Of a stretch of DNA of 64,000 nucleotides, positions 39,274-50,779 are shown in pieces. Below the pieces are notes generated by a model that was not told the DNA's origin, searched no databases, and worked only from the letters and a program-made list of their open reading frames with translations. Each line of letters begins with the position of its first letter. The first letter of the stretch is position 1. Source of the stretch: Bugula neritina (lineage: Eukaryota > Animalia > Bryozoa); the NCBI GenBank assembly GCA_964035545.1, contig OZ037768.1, positions 12,122,741-12,186,740 of the forward strand, given 5' to 3'. The translations under genes and the position numbers were made by a program.

Positions 39274-42200
39274 ATGTTATTCACATGTGCTTCCGCCTTT
39301 TATCTATGCATCCTTTTTGTTAGCTTGTTAACAAAAGGTTGGTTAAATGTATATGAACTTATTTACCTATACTGTATTGTTCTGTGAATCATCAATTTAT
39401 TTTGTTTTTGGTTTCACTTGTTAAAAACTCACGCAAGATTATAGTCGCCATCTCTGCGAAAAATCCCTGATGGAAGGGTTTTTTTGTTAAATTGGGCTAA
39501 GGACTTCTTCAGATGGGGCACAGGGGCAATTATGACTGGAAGCTTTTCCTAACATCACCAATGGCCTTTATAGGGGTTCGAACCCAATTCTACTAAGCAA
39601 ACGCTTTAACCCCTAGACCGCGGCTGCTCACTATATTTTTTGTTTTTGTGAAGTTGATGGCTCATCTTTTCTCAGAAGACCTATGTAGATTCATCGGTGT
39701 TTTTTATTGTTTTAGCAACTTTTTTAAGTCATAAAATATAATTTTGACTTAGTTTAATTTAAAATAACTGGTCAAGGTCACTTGTATTTTCACTAAAAGT
39801 GAAGAAATATAACGTAATGCTACATCTGTGTAAATTCGAATTGTTAGCGATTTTTCTTTAATACTTTGTTTTTTAAATTAACAATAAATCTTAGAATTTT
39901 ATTTTAGACGAGTTTAAAAATACAGTACTATATTCATCATGACTAATCTACAAATATGTAGATATACCCAGTTACCTAATGGTTAACATGCTAATTGCTA
40001 TATAGCAATGTCTTGAGCAATGCTGCTAATCATATAATAGACGATTCCTTATCACATACAGAACTTTATTTTGACATCGCATGTATGTGTTGGTGCCAGG
40101 TGTTAGTATTTATACTGGTTATTTACATGTAGATTGATTTGTAATCTCAGGTGCAAGATCAGCCGTACCTATACCCAGCACTCCTACTTGTTACAACTAC
40201 AATGGTACTGCCTGTGAATTGGCTAAAGCCAACAAGAAATTCTCGGCTCAGCAAAAGACTCAAGCTTGCTCTGTTACAGTTGTCACGTGTATGATTCCCG
40301 AGTCTGGTCATTTCACTTGTCTTGCCGTGTGGAGGCAAAGAATTAATGACACACTTCCAGAGCACACAGACAGAACTCATGAGAGCACTGTAAATATCTT
40401 TAGCATCTTTACCTGTGGGTGTCGAGAGAAAAATTGCTTCTCATTTTGATATAAAACTTGTTAAAAAAGTGTTGTTGTGTTTTGTTTTCACACGTATGTA
40501 GAGTTGCCTAGAATACGATCTCATAGCTTCTACATCTATAGTAAGTAGAGGGCTAACTTGTATGCAACATGCCAGCACTGCTTAGACTATCTATCATGAG
40601 ACTGCCATAAACTCCACTATCAAACTAGCTTTCAACATCCCGCAATTATTTTAGTAAAATTTTATTGGTTTCAGTGTCTTTACATTTTTCATTCAAACAA
40701 CTTTGTCTGAGGTAAGCAGTATTTACTTGGAATGTATTTCCACTTTATGATAAAATATAAAATTAAACATTTTATATATATAACAGGTTTCAACTGTTGT
40801 ACTATTTCAGGGTTTGCTGTCTTGTTACCCGGTGATCTCCCAGGGTCCTATAACCTGCAGAAATGAATGTGTTGCTACAGGAAGTGGATTTGTTAATAAA
40901 TCTACTGGAGTAGTGTCAGTGTCATGCTGCTGTACAACACCCAATTGCAATGCTCACCACTTACGTTCCATAAATATCACATATGCCGAAGATGCTATTA
41001 AGCCAGGTCAGTGAATTGTTGTTAGCTCACTTTCCTAGACTCTACTTAAATTCTAGTTTTCTAGACTGTGTAATCTGTTGTTCAATTTTGCTCCCAAAGT
41101 ATTTAGTAATTTTGTTTTCCTACATTTTCATGAAGCACAATTGGCATGCTAATCAGTAACATTGAAAAGTGGAAAACCACAAGTGCTAAATTATTTTAGT
41201 TTTTATTTCTAACATTTTACAAATTACCTATTCTCTTGTGTGAAGAGGTAAATATGTGCTGTAGAACCTGCTAGAGTTTCACATACAAAGCAGCTAATTA
41301 CTGGCCTTATTTTTGGGGGAGTGGTGTTGGTATGCGGCTCTATGGCATTGGCAGCATATGTTATATGTATGAATTACAAAAAGAAACGTGAGAAGCTGCT
41401 GGTGAATCATTCTCCTCTAGAGCAGACGAATGTAGAAGAAGAAACATGTTTTGCTGACGCAAATTTATCGTTGCAGACTCAAATAGCCAAAGGTTAGCTC
41501 AGTTATATTCTTTACTGCTTCTGTAATCATGGCTGAAACTATGTTTTTCTCTAGAGCATGAATAATTCATAGTTTAAAGGTTACAAAAGTTACAAAATCA
41601 ACAACTTTGTGGAGAAATTTGGTGCCTCTCAAGTCTCAACCATAGTTGTGCTTTTTGGTGTTTGCCTTTATTGTTCAGAAAGAACAGCTTTTTGCCCATT
41701 TCTATATTTTGTACAATTATTTTTCTTTCAGGCCAATATGCCACTGTGTATCAGGGTGGGAAAATAAATAACGTTGCAGTAGCTATCAAATGCTTCACGG
41801 CAGCTCACCGTAGGATGTGGCAGCAAGAAAATGATATTTACAGAATGCCAGGCTTAAGACAGAACAGAAACATAGCAACCTTCTTTGGTGCTAAACAAAA
41901 TGGAAGTGGTAATGACCTGACACTTTGGCTCGTTCTGGAGTATTATCCCAATGGTTCTATTTATGATTACCTCAAAGGTATGTAGATTGTATATATTACA
42001 GTTCATATCTATTTTAAATGTTACCATTTTAGAATTTGGTTATGAATTATATCCAGTAAGTGTAGAAATGTCGAGTATCACCCTACGCCCCAAGTTTTTA
42101 TACCGGTATGCACTTGATTGGTGTAGTTGGATTCGCTGATATTATAAGTAAACTGGACACTACCTGCAACTACTTTTTATCATTTACACAAATACTTGTA

Positions 42201-44313
42201 ATAGACAGTATTATTTCATGCTCAATAAATAATGTTTATGGGTGTGAGTTTCAATTTTTAATTACCATTGCTAACAGTATTTTTTTATAAATTACTATTG
42301 CTGTGTTGATGCTTTGCTAGGAAACGTATTGACATGGCCTGTGATGTTGAAGCTTGCTCATTCGATGATGAACGGATTAGCGTATCTGCATGATGAGGTT
42401 GCCTTGCCAGGTGGAGAACGAAGGTCTCTTGCTCACCGAGATATTAAAAGTAAAAATATAATGATTAAAAATGACATGACAGCTGCCATTGCAGATTTTG
42501 GCTTGGCTCTCTGTTTCAAAGATGGCAATGTAAACGAGGTTGATGCTCAAGTAAGTCAAGTTTTCTTAGTAAATATTCAGCCTTCTATTTCTATTACTTT
42601 TAGAATGTGTACAATGACATGCTGAAAGTGATGGTTTTTGATTTTTATCATGCCTAAAAAATTCAAAAAGTAGAAAACAGTTTAAATGTTTTAAAAGTAG
42701 TCATGTATAATGAGTATTTAGCATAATTTCACCATTTCCTTTTAGATAATTCATCTTCAAAGCTATTGCAAAAAATATTTGTTCGAATCATAGTTGAAAA
42801 TAAAAATTGATTCAGTGGCATAACGTACCCATTATGTGTATAGAAAGTTGTCAATTCTTGAACAATTTGTGTAGCTTATGCTGTACTGTATTTTTCTGAA
42901 GTAGCGAACAATAAGTTTGTGCAATAATACAATATCACATTGATCTATTTACATGTGGGATGTATGTACAGTTTCAGGCTGGTACCCACAGATATATGGC
43001 ACCAGAAGTGCTAGATGGTGCTATTTCATTCACTAAGGATGCTTTCATCCGAATTGACGTCTATGCTGCAGCTTTGGTTCTCTGGGAGTTGCTTACACGA
43101 TGTGAAGTTTCTGAGAACAGTATGTTTAATCTTAACAGCGTATATAATCTTTTGTCTGAAACTCAAGCAACTGATGCAATTATGTAAAATACATAACTGT
43201 GCTATCATTTGACCTATGGTTAAATGGGTTTGTATGGGAATCACTAGAAGCAGCATATAGTTGGAGGTCATTTAGTGCAGTGTTTTTATACATATTGTTG
43301 TCCGAACTCCGAACTCATACTCTAAGCCACTGCACTTAGTGGCTGCCAACTTTATGCTGCTTCAAGTGATTTCCCGCTCATACAGTGCTGGAATAGTCTT
43401 GAATTCAATGGATGTAGACATACTTGTATTGCATATTAATTTAGTTTAGCAAGTAACACAAATACCTGGAATAGTTTAAGTAGGTTAGACATATGTTTAT
43501 GTTTTCTTTAGAGTTTAGGACATTGTAAAATTGTTACTGTAAACATTTAGTGATCATTTCTAGATCTCTTTGGTTGTTTTGATGAAACATTTCACAACAG
43601 CTAACCATCTGAGTGACATGTAGTATTTGACCACCTTGTGTAGTGACGTATATCATATTGTTAGGGTCCAGTGAGTATAAGGCACCATATGAAGATCTTG
43701 AGAATAGAATGTACAGCTCCTTGCTGGAAACACTACAGATTGCAGTTTCTAGAGAAAAAAGGCGACCTTCATTTCCTGATTGCTTGTATCGCAATGCTGT
43801 GAGTGACCTAGGTGTTTAAATGTTGAAGCTGATTTCTTATATGAGTTGGGGGCATGACTGAGTAATGATGGGGCTGTAGGGCTAATTTTATTATTATACC
43901 TCTATTTTATGCTGAACATTAATTCCAAAAATGGTCTAACAGCAAGACCAACACATAACATAGGTAGCTTAGAACTTTTAGTGCTAAACTGACGTTGAGC
44001 TAAGGTCTAAGCTTAAGATACTCTTTGTTTAATTACACCTTAGACTGTGGTCAATAATCCGTTTTATTATGTTCTGAAACATGTCCTGGTTGTTTAGGAT
44101 ACGGCATCTCTCGTCACCACCATTGAGGAATCTTGGGACGCTGATGCAGAAGCTAGACTGTCCGCCGGCTGTATTGAGTCTAGACTGGCTAATTTACTTG
44201 CAACAATAGATGATACAGAACGAAATAACATGCGTAATTTAGAACCTCCCCCTTATACTTCTGAAAATACACCCATTGATGAACCAAGCTTACCTCTGAT
44301 AAACTATAATTAA
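39274..44313 (+). CDS. ACVR2: TGF-beta family type II receptor Ser/Thr kinase, activin receptor type II/punt-like
   Basis: Exons 39274-39337 (signal peptide), 40151-40389, 40811-41006 (Cys box CCCTTPNCN), 41265-41492 ([28 protein letters not shown]; no GS box), 41732-41977, 42321-42550 ([11 protein letters not shown]), 42978-43119 ([29 protein letters not shown]), 43665-43798, 44098-44313 ([17 protein letters not shown]). Orthology within type II receptors is tentative. Confidence 0.85.
39425..39630 (-). mobile_element. tRNA-derived SINE, copy 1 (receptor intron)
   Basis: Minus strand GAGCAGCCGCGGTCTAGGGGTTAAAGCG (A box) ... GGGTTCGAACCC (B box). The body aligns by eye with 45083-45295. Confidence 0.8.
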
Positions 44314-45082
44314 CTTGTTTTATGAACTTTTATAGTAGTTTGGTGTAAAGCTTAGTGCCAAAGGTTTTTTATTTTTTCTTCAATTTTCGTTTGTTATAGT
44401 AATTAGGCAGAGACAAGCTTCACATCTCTAACCGTGTATACGTATGAAGTATGCAGAAACTAAGCGATATTCATTCTCTGTGTAATTATAACTAGTAAAA
44501 ATAAGGGATTTTTTACTTAGTAAATGCTACTTATTCGTCTTCATAAACATTTAGAAAGTTTTTACATGATATAGCTATTTCAATGTATTTTATATGTTCT
44601 AACTTTAGACATGTTTATATAAGTAGATTAGATGTACTCTGCGTGTGGTTCATAGTTTTCTTATGTTTTACATTTATTTGGTAATTTCATTGCTCTCATG
44701 CAGGCTTGTTCTTATCACAGGAAAAACAGTTTATACTGTTGCAATTTTTCATCATATATATTAATGAGGTATATTGTATTTTCTTGAAGATATTTCAAGA
44801 CTCTAGGATGGGTAATCTCATATGATACTGCTACATGGCCCGTTATTATTTGAAATAGTGTTTTAGTAAATGGTTACCATAGCAATGATGTGATTACTTA
44901 GTGTCAGCTAATGATTGATTTTATAAATACTTTGTAATCTGTTATCACTAAATATTGGATAATTTACTGAAGGTCAAATATAACCTACTTCTATTCTTTT
45001 ATTGTATTGTATGTATCTGGGATTTTGGCAACTTCAGAAAGTGCCCTATTTTATCTATATCAGTTGTAGTCTTTAATATTAG

Positions 45083-45295
45083 GGAGCAGCTGTGGTCTAG
45101 GGGTTAGAGCATTTGCCTAGTAAACACGAGGTCATGGTTTCGAGCCGGACAAAGGCCATTGGTGATAATAGAAAGAGCATTCAGTCATAATTGCTCCTGC
45201 GTCACATTTAAATAAGTATTTATCCCGATATAACAAAAACCCTTTCCATCAGGGATTTCTCACAGGGATAGCGACTATAAACTTGCTCAAGTTGT
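45083..45295 (+). mobile_element. tRNA-derived SINE, copy 2 (3' UTR/downstream of the receptor)
   Basis: GAGCAGCTGTGGTCTAGGGGTTAGAGC...TTCGAGCC...AAAGGCCATTGGTGAT...CAGTCATAATTGC...TTCCATCAGGGATTT...GCGACTATAA, shared with copy 1. Confidence 0.8.
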
Positions 45296-45899
45296 AGTCT
45301 TAAATATTCACATGATCAATCACCACTGGAAAGATGAGTTAGATATGCCAGTTTATAAATTTGCAGCAATGTTGATCTTGTGAAAGTTTCAATACTTGAA
45401 CATCTTAATTTTATAAAAAAAATACAGGTGTTATATTGTTATATCATTGAGAAAATGAATTGTACCCATTTCTCTGTTGCAACCCTAAATAAAATTTGAA
45501 GTCTAGCTTTATTACAGTAATAATGTTATATCATAATAAAAACATTAATATGAAACATTATATAGTCGTGTGAGAATTTTTGAATAAAATGTATACATAT
45601 ACATATGACTTTCACAATCTGAAGTACTATAGGCTACTATATTATTAGCTTTATCACCAGTGTTGTTAGCATTCTGCTTTGCCGCAATCTAACCAGATTG
45701 CCAATCATCATATACATATGTCATAATAAAACACATTACACACGCACACACACATGGGTATTTTTTTATAAAATTTTTTATTCTCTTCCATTCACTTTAA
45801 ACTTAGTTGGGAGTTGCATCGTTTTTACATGAACAAGCAACTCCAGCTTACAAATGCTTATAATTTTAGAGTAATATGGCAATAATATTTGGGTTGAAA

Positions 45900-46080
45900 T
45901 TTATTTCAGATCGACTACATACTATGTACTAACGCAATTTTAAATGGTGGCGACTAGATCTAGAGTCGGAACCAGAAGCTGAGGGCGAGGTCGAAGGTCA
46001 AAGTGAAAGCAACTTTTCCTTCAAAAGTTTTATGAAAATCAACTTTTAGCGACTTAGCGACGCTAAAAGTAAAACTAAAC
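45900..46080 (+). promoter_or_regulatory. Orphan CpG-rich promoter/first-exon-like island
   Basis: Local CpG/GC enrichment (aaatggtggcgactagatctagagtcggaaccagaagctgagggcgaggtcgaag), followed by the same low-complexity flank (46080-46700) seen at the two other promoters. No downstream host exon was recognised. Confidence 0.35.
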
Positions 46081-46964
46081 ACATTGTGATTGCGCATAGT
46101 GACACTGATTAACTCTTTCAGTAAGGTTATATTTATTACTATAAAATATATTTGTTGCCAGTCACCACTAGGACTTGGCTTTGAAGGTAAACTTAAACTT
46201 AAAGTTAATTATGATTATCATTATGATTTACTTTTAGAAATAATTGATTATCATTATCACTTTGACGTACAGTTAGACTTGGTGTTAGTTACTGTTAGTT
46301 TTACATTTACTGTTACTCTCTTACTCTTAGTCTTACGGTTAATAATAATATTTTAATATTATTAAAGTTAATCATTAGATATCATTAGGATTAACTCATT
46401 AATCATTATGATTATCAGTCCAGGAGTATGATCATAATAATTATTATTATGATAATAAATTTGAGTTGCCATTAATATTTATATTATGATTACCATCCTG
46501 ATGATGATCATCCTTGTGAATGTGATAAGTCATACTCATTGGCATTGCTGATTGCTCATTACGTTACCGATTAGACATTCACATTAGACTTAGTCACTTG
46601 GACTTTAGCCTTTAGGCTTAGGCTTAGACTTAGAGTTAACATAATACTAATAGTCATTATCATAAACTATCTTAGTATTACATTTATAATTTTATTATAC
46701 CTTTTAGTACCCTTGAAGACATAGAACACGTGAAAACACTCAATGTTATAGAAGTGCTTCATTCGTTATACAGTGTGGGCTAAAGGTTAGTTACCTCCAG
46801 TTACCTCCAGATTACGATCATGCTAGACCACTAGGTAGCAGAAGCGGCATGCCTCATATGTTTACGGTTGGTCAGAAAGTAAAATGCATACAATAGTCTA
46901 TAAATTGGTTGCAGTGTGTGTTGCAATGTTGTTTATTAGTACAGGTAAGTTAACCTGTCAATGT

Positions 46965-49741
46965 TTAGATTATTCTGTGTAAATTAGTCTTGCAAGGATT
47001 GTTCCCTTTAAGGTCACGGATTGTCGGTGGCAAGAAGCTGTTATAATAGCAGTTATTATTGGTGCTGACTGATCTTGGCTGTCCTAGTGTTTGGGCCCTA
47101 GTTTGGATAAAACTTTCCGGGGTATTTATTAGTTCGTCATACGCTGCAGAGAGTGCTGGGTGATATTCTTCCTTTTGGAGTATTCTCATAAGGAGTCTCA
47201 GCCGTTGAGTTCTTCTTCTTTCATCGAGGGCGGCCAGCTCCAGTCTTTCTTTTGCTTCTCGCACTCCTCTTCTACCCTTGATGTTAGCTATGGCTCTTAC
47301 TGCCCGTGTTTGTACCTCTTCGGTGGAATTTATTTCTTTTGTAGTATAGGGGTCCCAAACAGCAGAAGCATAGTCTAGGTGAGGAAGGCATAGGGATTTG
47401 TAAGCCATGAGTCTCACTTTTTCGGGTGCCCAGTGCAAAGCCCTTTTGATCATCCCCAGTTGTTTGTTTGCTAGCAATATTTTGCTCTGGATATGATTAT
47501 CAAACTTCAGGTTGGCCTGTAGAGTCACTCCGAGGTATGTTGATTTGTCCACCTGTTCTAGAACTGTGCCATTTAACGTGTAGTGTGCTGGTATATCTTG
47601 CTCTTTGAATGCCATAATTTTGCTCTTTTTAACATTGAACTCCATACCCCACTTTGAAGCCCAACTTCCTGCTGCATCTATGTTCCTTTGAAACCTTAGT
47701 CTGTCTTGGTCATCTGAGACAGGCTGGTAGAGGAGGGTGTCATCTGCGAAGAGACCAACTTCACAATCAACACAGTCAGAGAGATATTTATGAACACGAG
47801 AAACCGTATGGGGCCGAGCACAGAGCCCTGAGGTACCCCAGACGTCACTGGCAGTGGTTCTGACTTTTTGCCATCGAGTACGACCCTCTGAGATCGGTTT
47901 AGGAGGAAGTTGTGTACCCATCCGAGCAGATAGTCTTTCATTGGTGCAATTGTTCGTAGTTTCTCCATTAGAAGGGCATGGGGGACCCGGTCAAATGCTT
48001 TTGTAAAATCTAGTACTGCTGCGTGAACAGCCTTATGTTTATCGACATAGTTCAGTATCTGATGGAGAGTGGCGCATAATTGGGTCTCGCAGGACAAGCC
48101 CTGGCGGAAGCCGTGTTGTCTTGTGCTCAGTACATTGTCAACGTTGGCAAGTATCTTACGTAGGATGAGATGTTCTGCCATTTTACATGGGATGCTAGTG
48201 AGTGAGATGGGTCGATAGTTTTGAGCACAATCCTCTGCACCGCTTTTATGGATAGGGGTCACATACGCCTCTTTCCACTGGGTGGGGAGCTTCTGTTGAT
48301 TCATAGAGGTTTTGTATATGATCGCAAGACAAGCGGATATTAGTAGGAGATCAACCATCAGATCTGCCTTCCTCAGGCCATCTGGACCTGGAGCTTTTCC
48401 AGGCTTGAGGTTCTGTATTAACTTGGCAATACCATTGCTGTCGATATCTGGTGGATTATCTATGTTTGCTGAGTTGGGACCAAGTGATGTCAGTTGGTGC
48501 CCACTGTTGAACTGGGAGTGGAAGAATTTGTTGAAGGTTTCCGCACAGTTTGCTGGATCTGCATTAAGGGTACCATCAGTCATTTTGAGTTTTATGCGAT
48601 TTTTGTTATTTGAGTTTCCTTTGAGGTGCCGGTAAAAGGGCTTACTGTTGCCTTCTAGGAGTGGTTGGATGATTTTATTGTGACCATATTCACTTTTTAC
48701 CATCCTAAAGACTTTTTTAGCTGTTTTCCGAATTTCCTTGTATTTCGCATAACTGAATAAGTCCCCGTTTGTTTTGTAGTGATTATAGCTTTTCCTCTCT
48801 TTACGTGATATCCGTCTACACTTTTTGTTAAACCAAACAGGTTCATTTTTAAGCTTAGACGACAGTACTTTCGTTGGGACATGGTCACATATGGCCTGTT
48901 GTAGACTAGATGAAAAATGATCCCACATTTCCTGTACATCATCCAATTCATCTATTTCATGTTTAGTTCTTTGCATATCTTCCCGGAATTTGTTGATATC
49001 TACTCTGTGGTAATCTTTGACAGTTTTGGAGGTTACTATATGGTGGTCTTTTGCTTTGTTCCATCGGATATTTGTTTTTATCATGGCGTGATCACTTAGC
49101 CCTGGGAAGATTACGCCTTGGGATGTTAAATCTTGGGGGGAGTTGGTGCAAAGTAAGTCGAGCGTGTTGCCATGAATGTGGGTTGGTGAGGTTATTAGTT
49201 GACTTAGGTTATAGAAGTTCAACATACATAGGAATGAGTTATGAAGGACCTTATCCTGGGCCTTCAGTTTGGGTTGATAAGTGTGCCAATTAATGTGAGG
49301 GAGATTGAAATCCCCGGCTAAGATGATGTGGTCATTGGGGAACTGTTGGGTTAATAATTCTAGGTTGCTACTCAATATGGATACATCTCTATCATGTGGG
49401 GGTCTGTAGTAACATCCGACAATTAAGCTCTCCTCTATTCTTACAAATATGATCTCGGCACTAGTTTTATCTTCTATGTTAATTTGGGTAGAGCGCAGGT
49501 TGTCATTAATGGCAATTAAGACCCCACCCCCATTTACATTACGATCCTTTCTGTAGATCCTTTTGTTGTTATAATCAAAGATGGTGTGACTTGGTATCAT
49601 CTGATTTATGTGTGTCTCAGTCAGGCAGATTATGTCGGAATTACATGTTTGTGATGATAGTTCAATAGTTTTGCCTTTGAGAGATCTCACATTGGCAAAA
49701 AAGAATTTTAAACACTGGTCTGTTTGGTCATGTATCGCCAT
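46965..49741 (-). pseudogene. LINE A ORF2 (endonuclease-reverse transcriptase) with a single 1-nt frameshift near 47786
   Basis: NVRSL, CLTETH, GDFNLP, LSDH (APE); NYRPISLT, QHGFR, LDFTKAFDRV, GVPQGSVLGP, FADD (RT). Restoring one G gives FINDLSDCV. Confidence 0.9.
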
Positions 49742-50739
49742 TCCCCCGAAGGAGATTTTGTCTGTATTCTCATATTTCTTATCCGATAGTCAGTTTTTTG
49801 GTCAGTGTCACTGTTTTCCCTTTTCATTCGCTTTATCTCTTGCCGAAGGGCATACTGCTGGTCACGAATCTCTTTGCATTCGTCAAGTTTGCAGTAGATC
49901 TTGCGTCCACGTAGTGTAGCATTTGTTCTTTTCAGGAATTCCCACTTTGAATATTCGTCTGGAAATTCTATTTTAATCGGCTTTGGTTTGTTTTTGTCAA
50001 CTGGTCCTGAGGTCTGTAAGCGTATTGCTCTTAGGGGTTTCGGAGTTGCATGGAAAGTATCGCTCGTCATTAGGTCTTTAATCATCTCCAGTGCGCTTTT
50101 ACCTTCCTGTTCATCTATGCCATAAAGAACGGCATTATTTTTCCTGTTTTCAGTCTCCCGTTGTTCAATACTCTTCTTCAGCAGGTTTCGAGCACTGTCG
50201 CTGATCTCCATCCCTTTCTTCAGGTTTTCAGTATTTGACTTTGCAGCGTCGGCATATGATTTCTCTAGTTTTGTCATTCTTTCTTCAAGGGCAGTGTTTG
50301 TTGCTCCAATCTTTGCATTAATTTGTTGCATTATGTCTTCAATTTTATTAAGCTTTCTTGAGTGGGTGCTGTGAAGCGCAAGAGAGTCTTCACCGTTGTT
50401 GTTCACCCTGTCTCGGCCTTGAAGAGAAGCTTAAATGACTGGAAGGCATGTGTTGCAGAACCATTTCACATTCTTTTCATCCATTTTGTCTAGCGTAGCA
50501 ACATCTGAATTGGTGAGGCTTTGGCAGGTACCATGGAACCAATCATCACAAAAATCACATTGGATCCACTTAGCACCAAATTTTTGAGAAAGGCCCCTTG
50601 TGTTAGTAACATAGCAATCGACATTGTTACAAGTTTTGCATTCTGGGTTGGTCGAGTCTTTGTTTTTGTCATTTTGAGACTGTTGTGATCCTGGTTGTGG
50701 TTGGCTTTGAGTGTTCCGGTCACCAGCCATCACGGACAA
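49708..50739 (-). pseudogene. LINE A ORF1 (PHD finger + coiled coil + RRM-like), interrupted by one in-frame TAA at 50433-50431
   Basis: C4HC3 PHD (CKTC...WIQCDFCDDWFHGTC...WFCNTC). ORF 49708-50406 is in the same frame 24 nt after the stop (RKNNAVLYGIDE...PKPIKIEF). Confidence 0.85.
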
Positions 50740-50779
50740 CTAGAGTCTTGTGTTGTAGTAACAATAGGTGGTAATTGTG

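Larger units (their letters stand above)
46788..50770 (-). mobile_element. LINE A: near full-length CR1/L2-group non-LTR retrotransposon
   Basis: ORF1 with PHD finger; ORF2 with APE endonuclease and RT; 3' tail with CTGGAGGTAA repeats at ~46790-46810. Confidence 0.92.

Noticed and set aside
43298-43410. Small structured ncRNA in a receptor intron (GCCACT/AGTGGC hairpin, tccgaac repeat)
   Set aside because: More simply a short LINE 3'-end remnant on the minus strand (hairpin plus short tandem tail); too little sequence to call.
39425-45295. Functional tRNA genes
   Set aside because: A/B boxes are present but there is no complete cloverleaf, and both copies continue into a shared non-tRNA body, i.e. 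SINEs.
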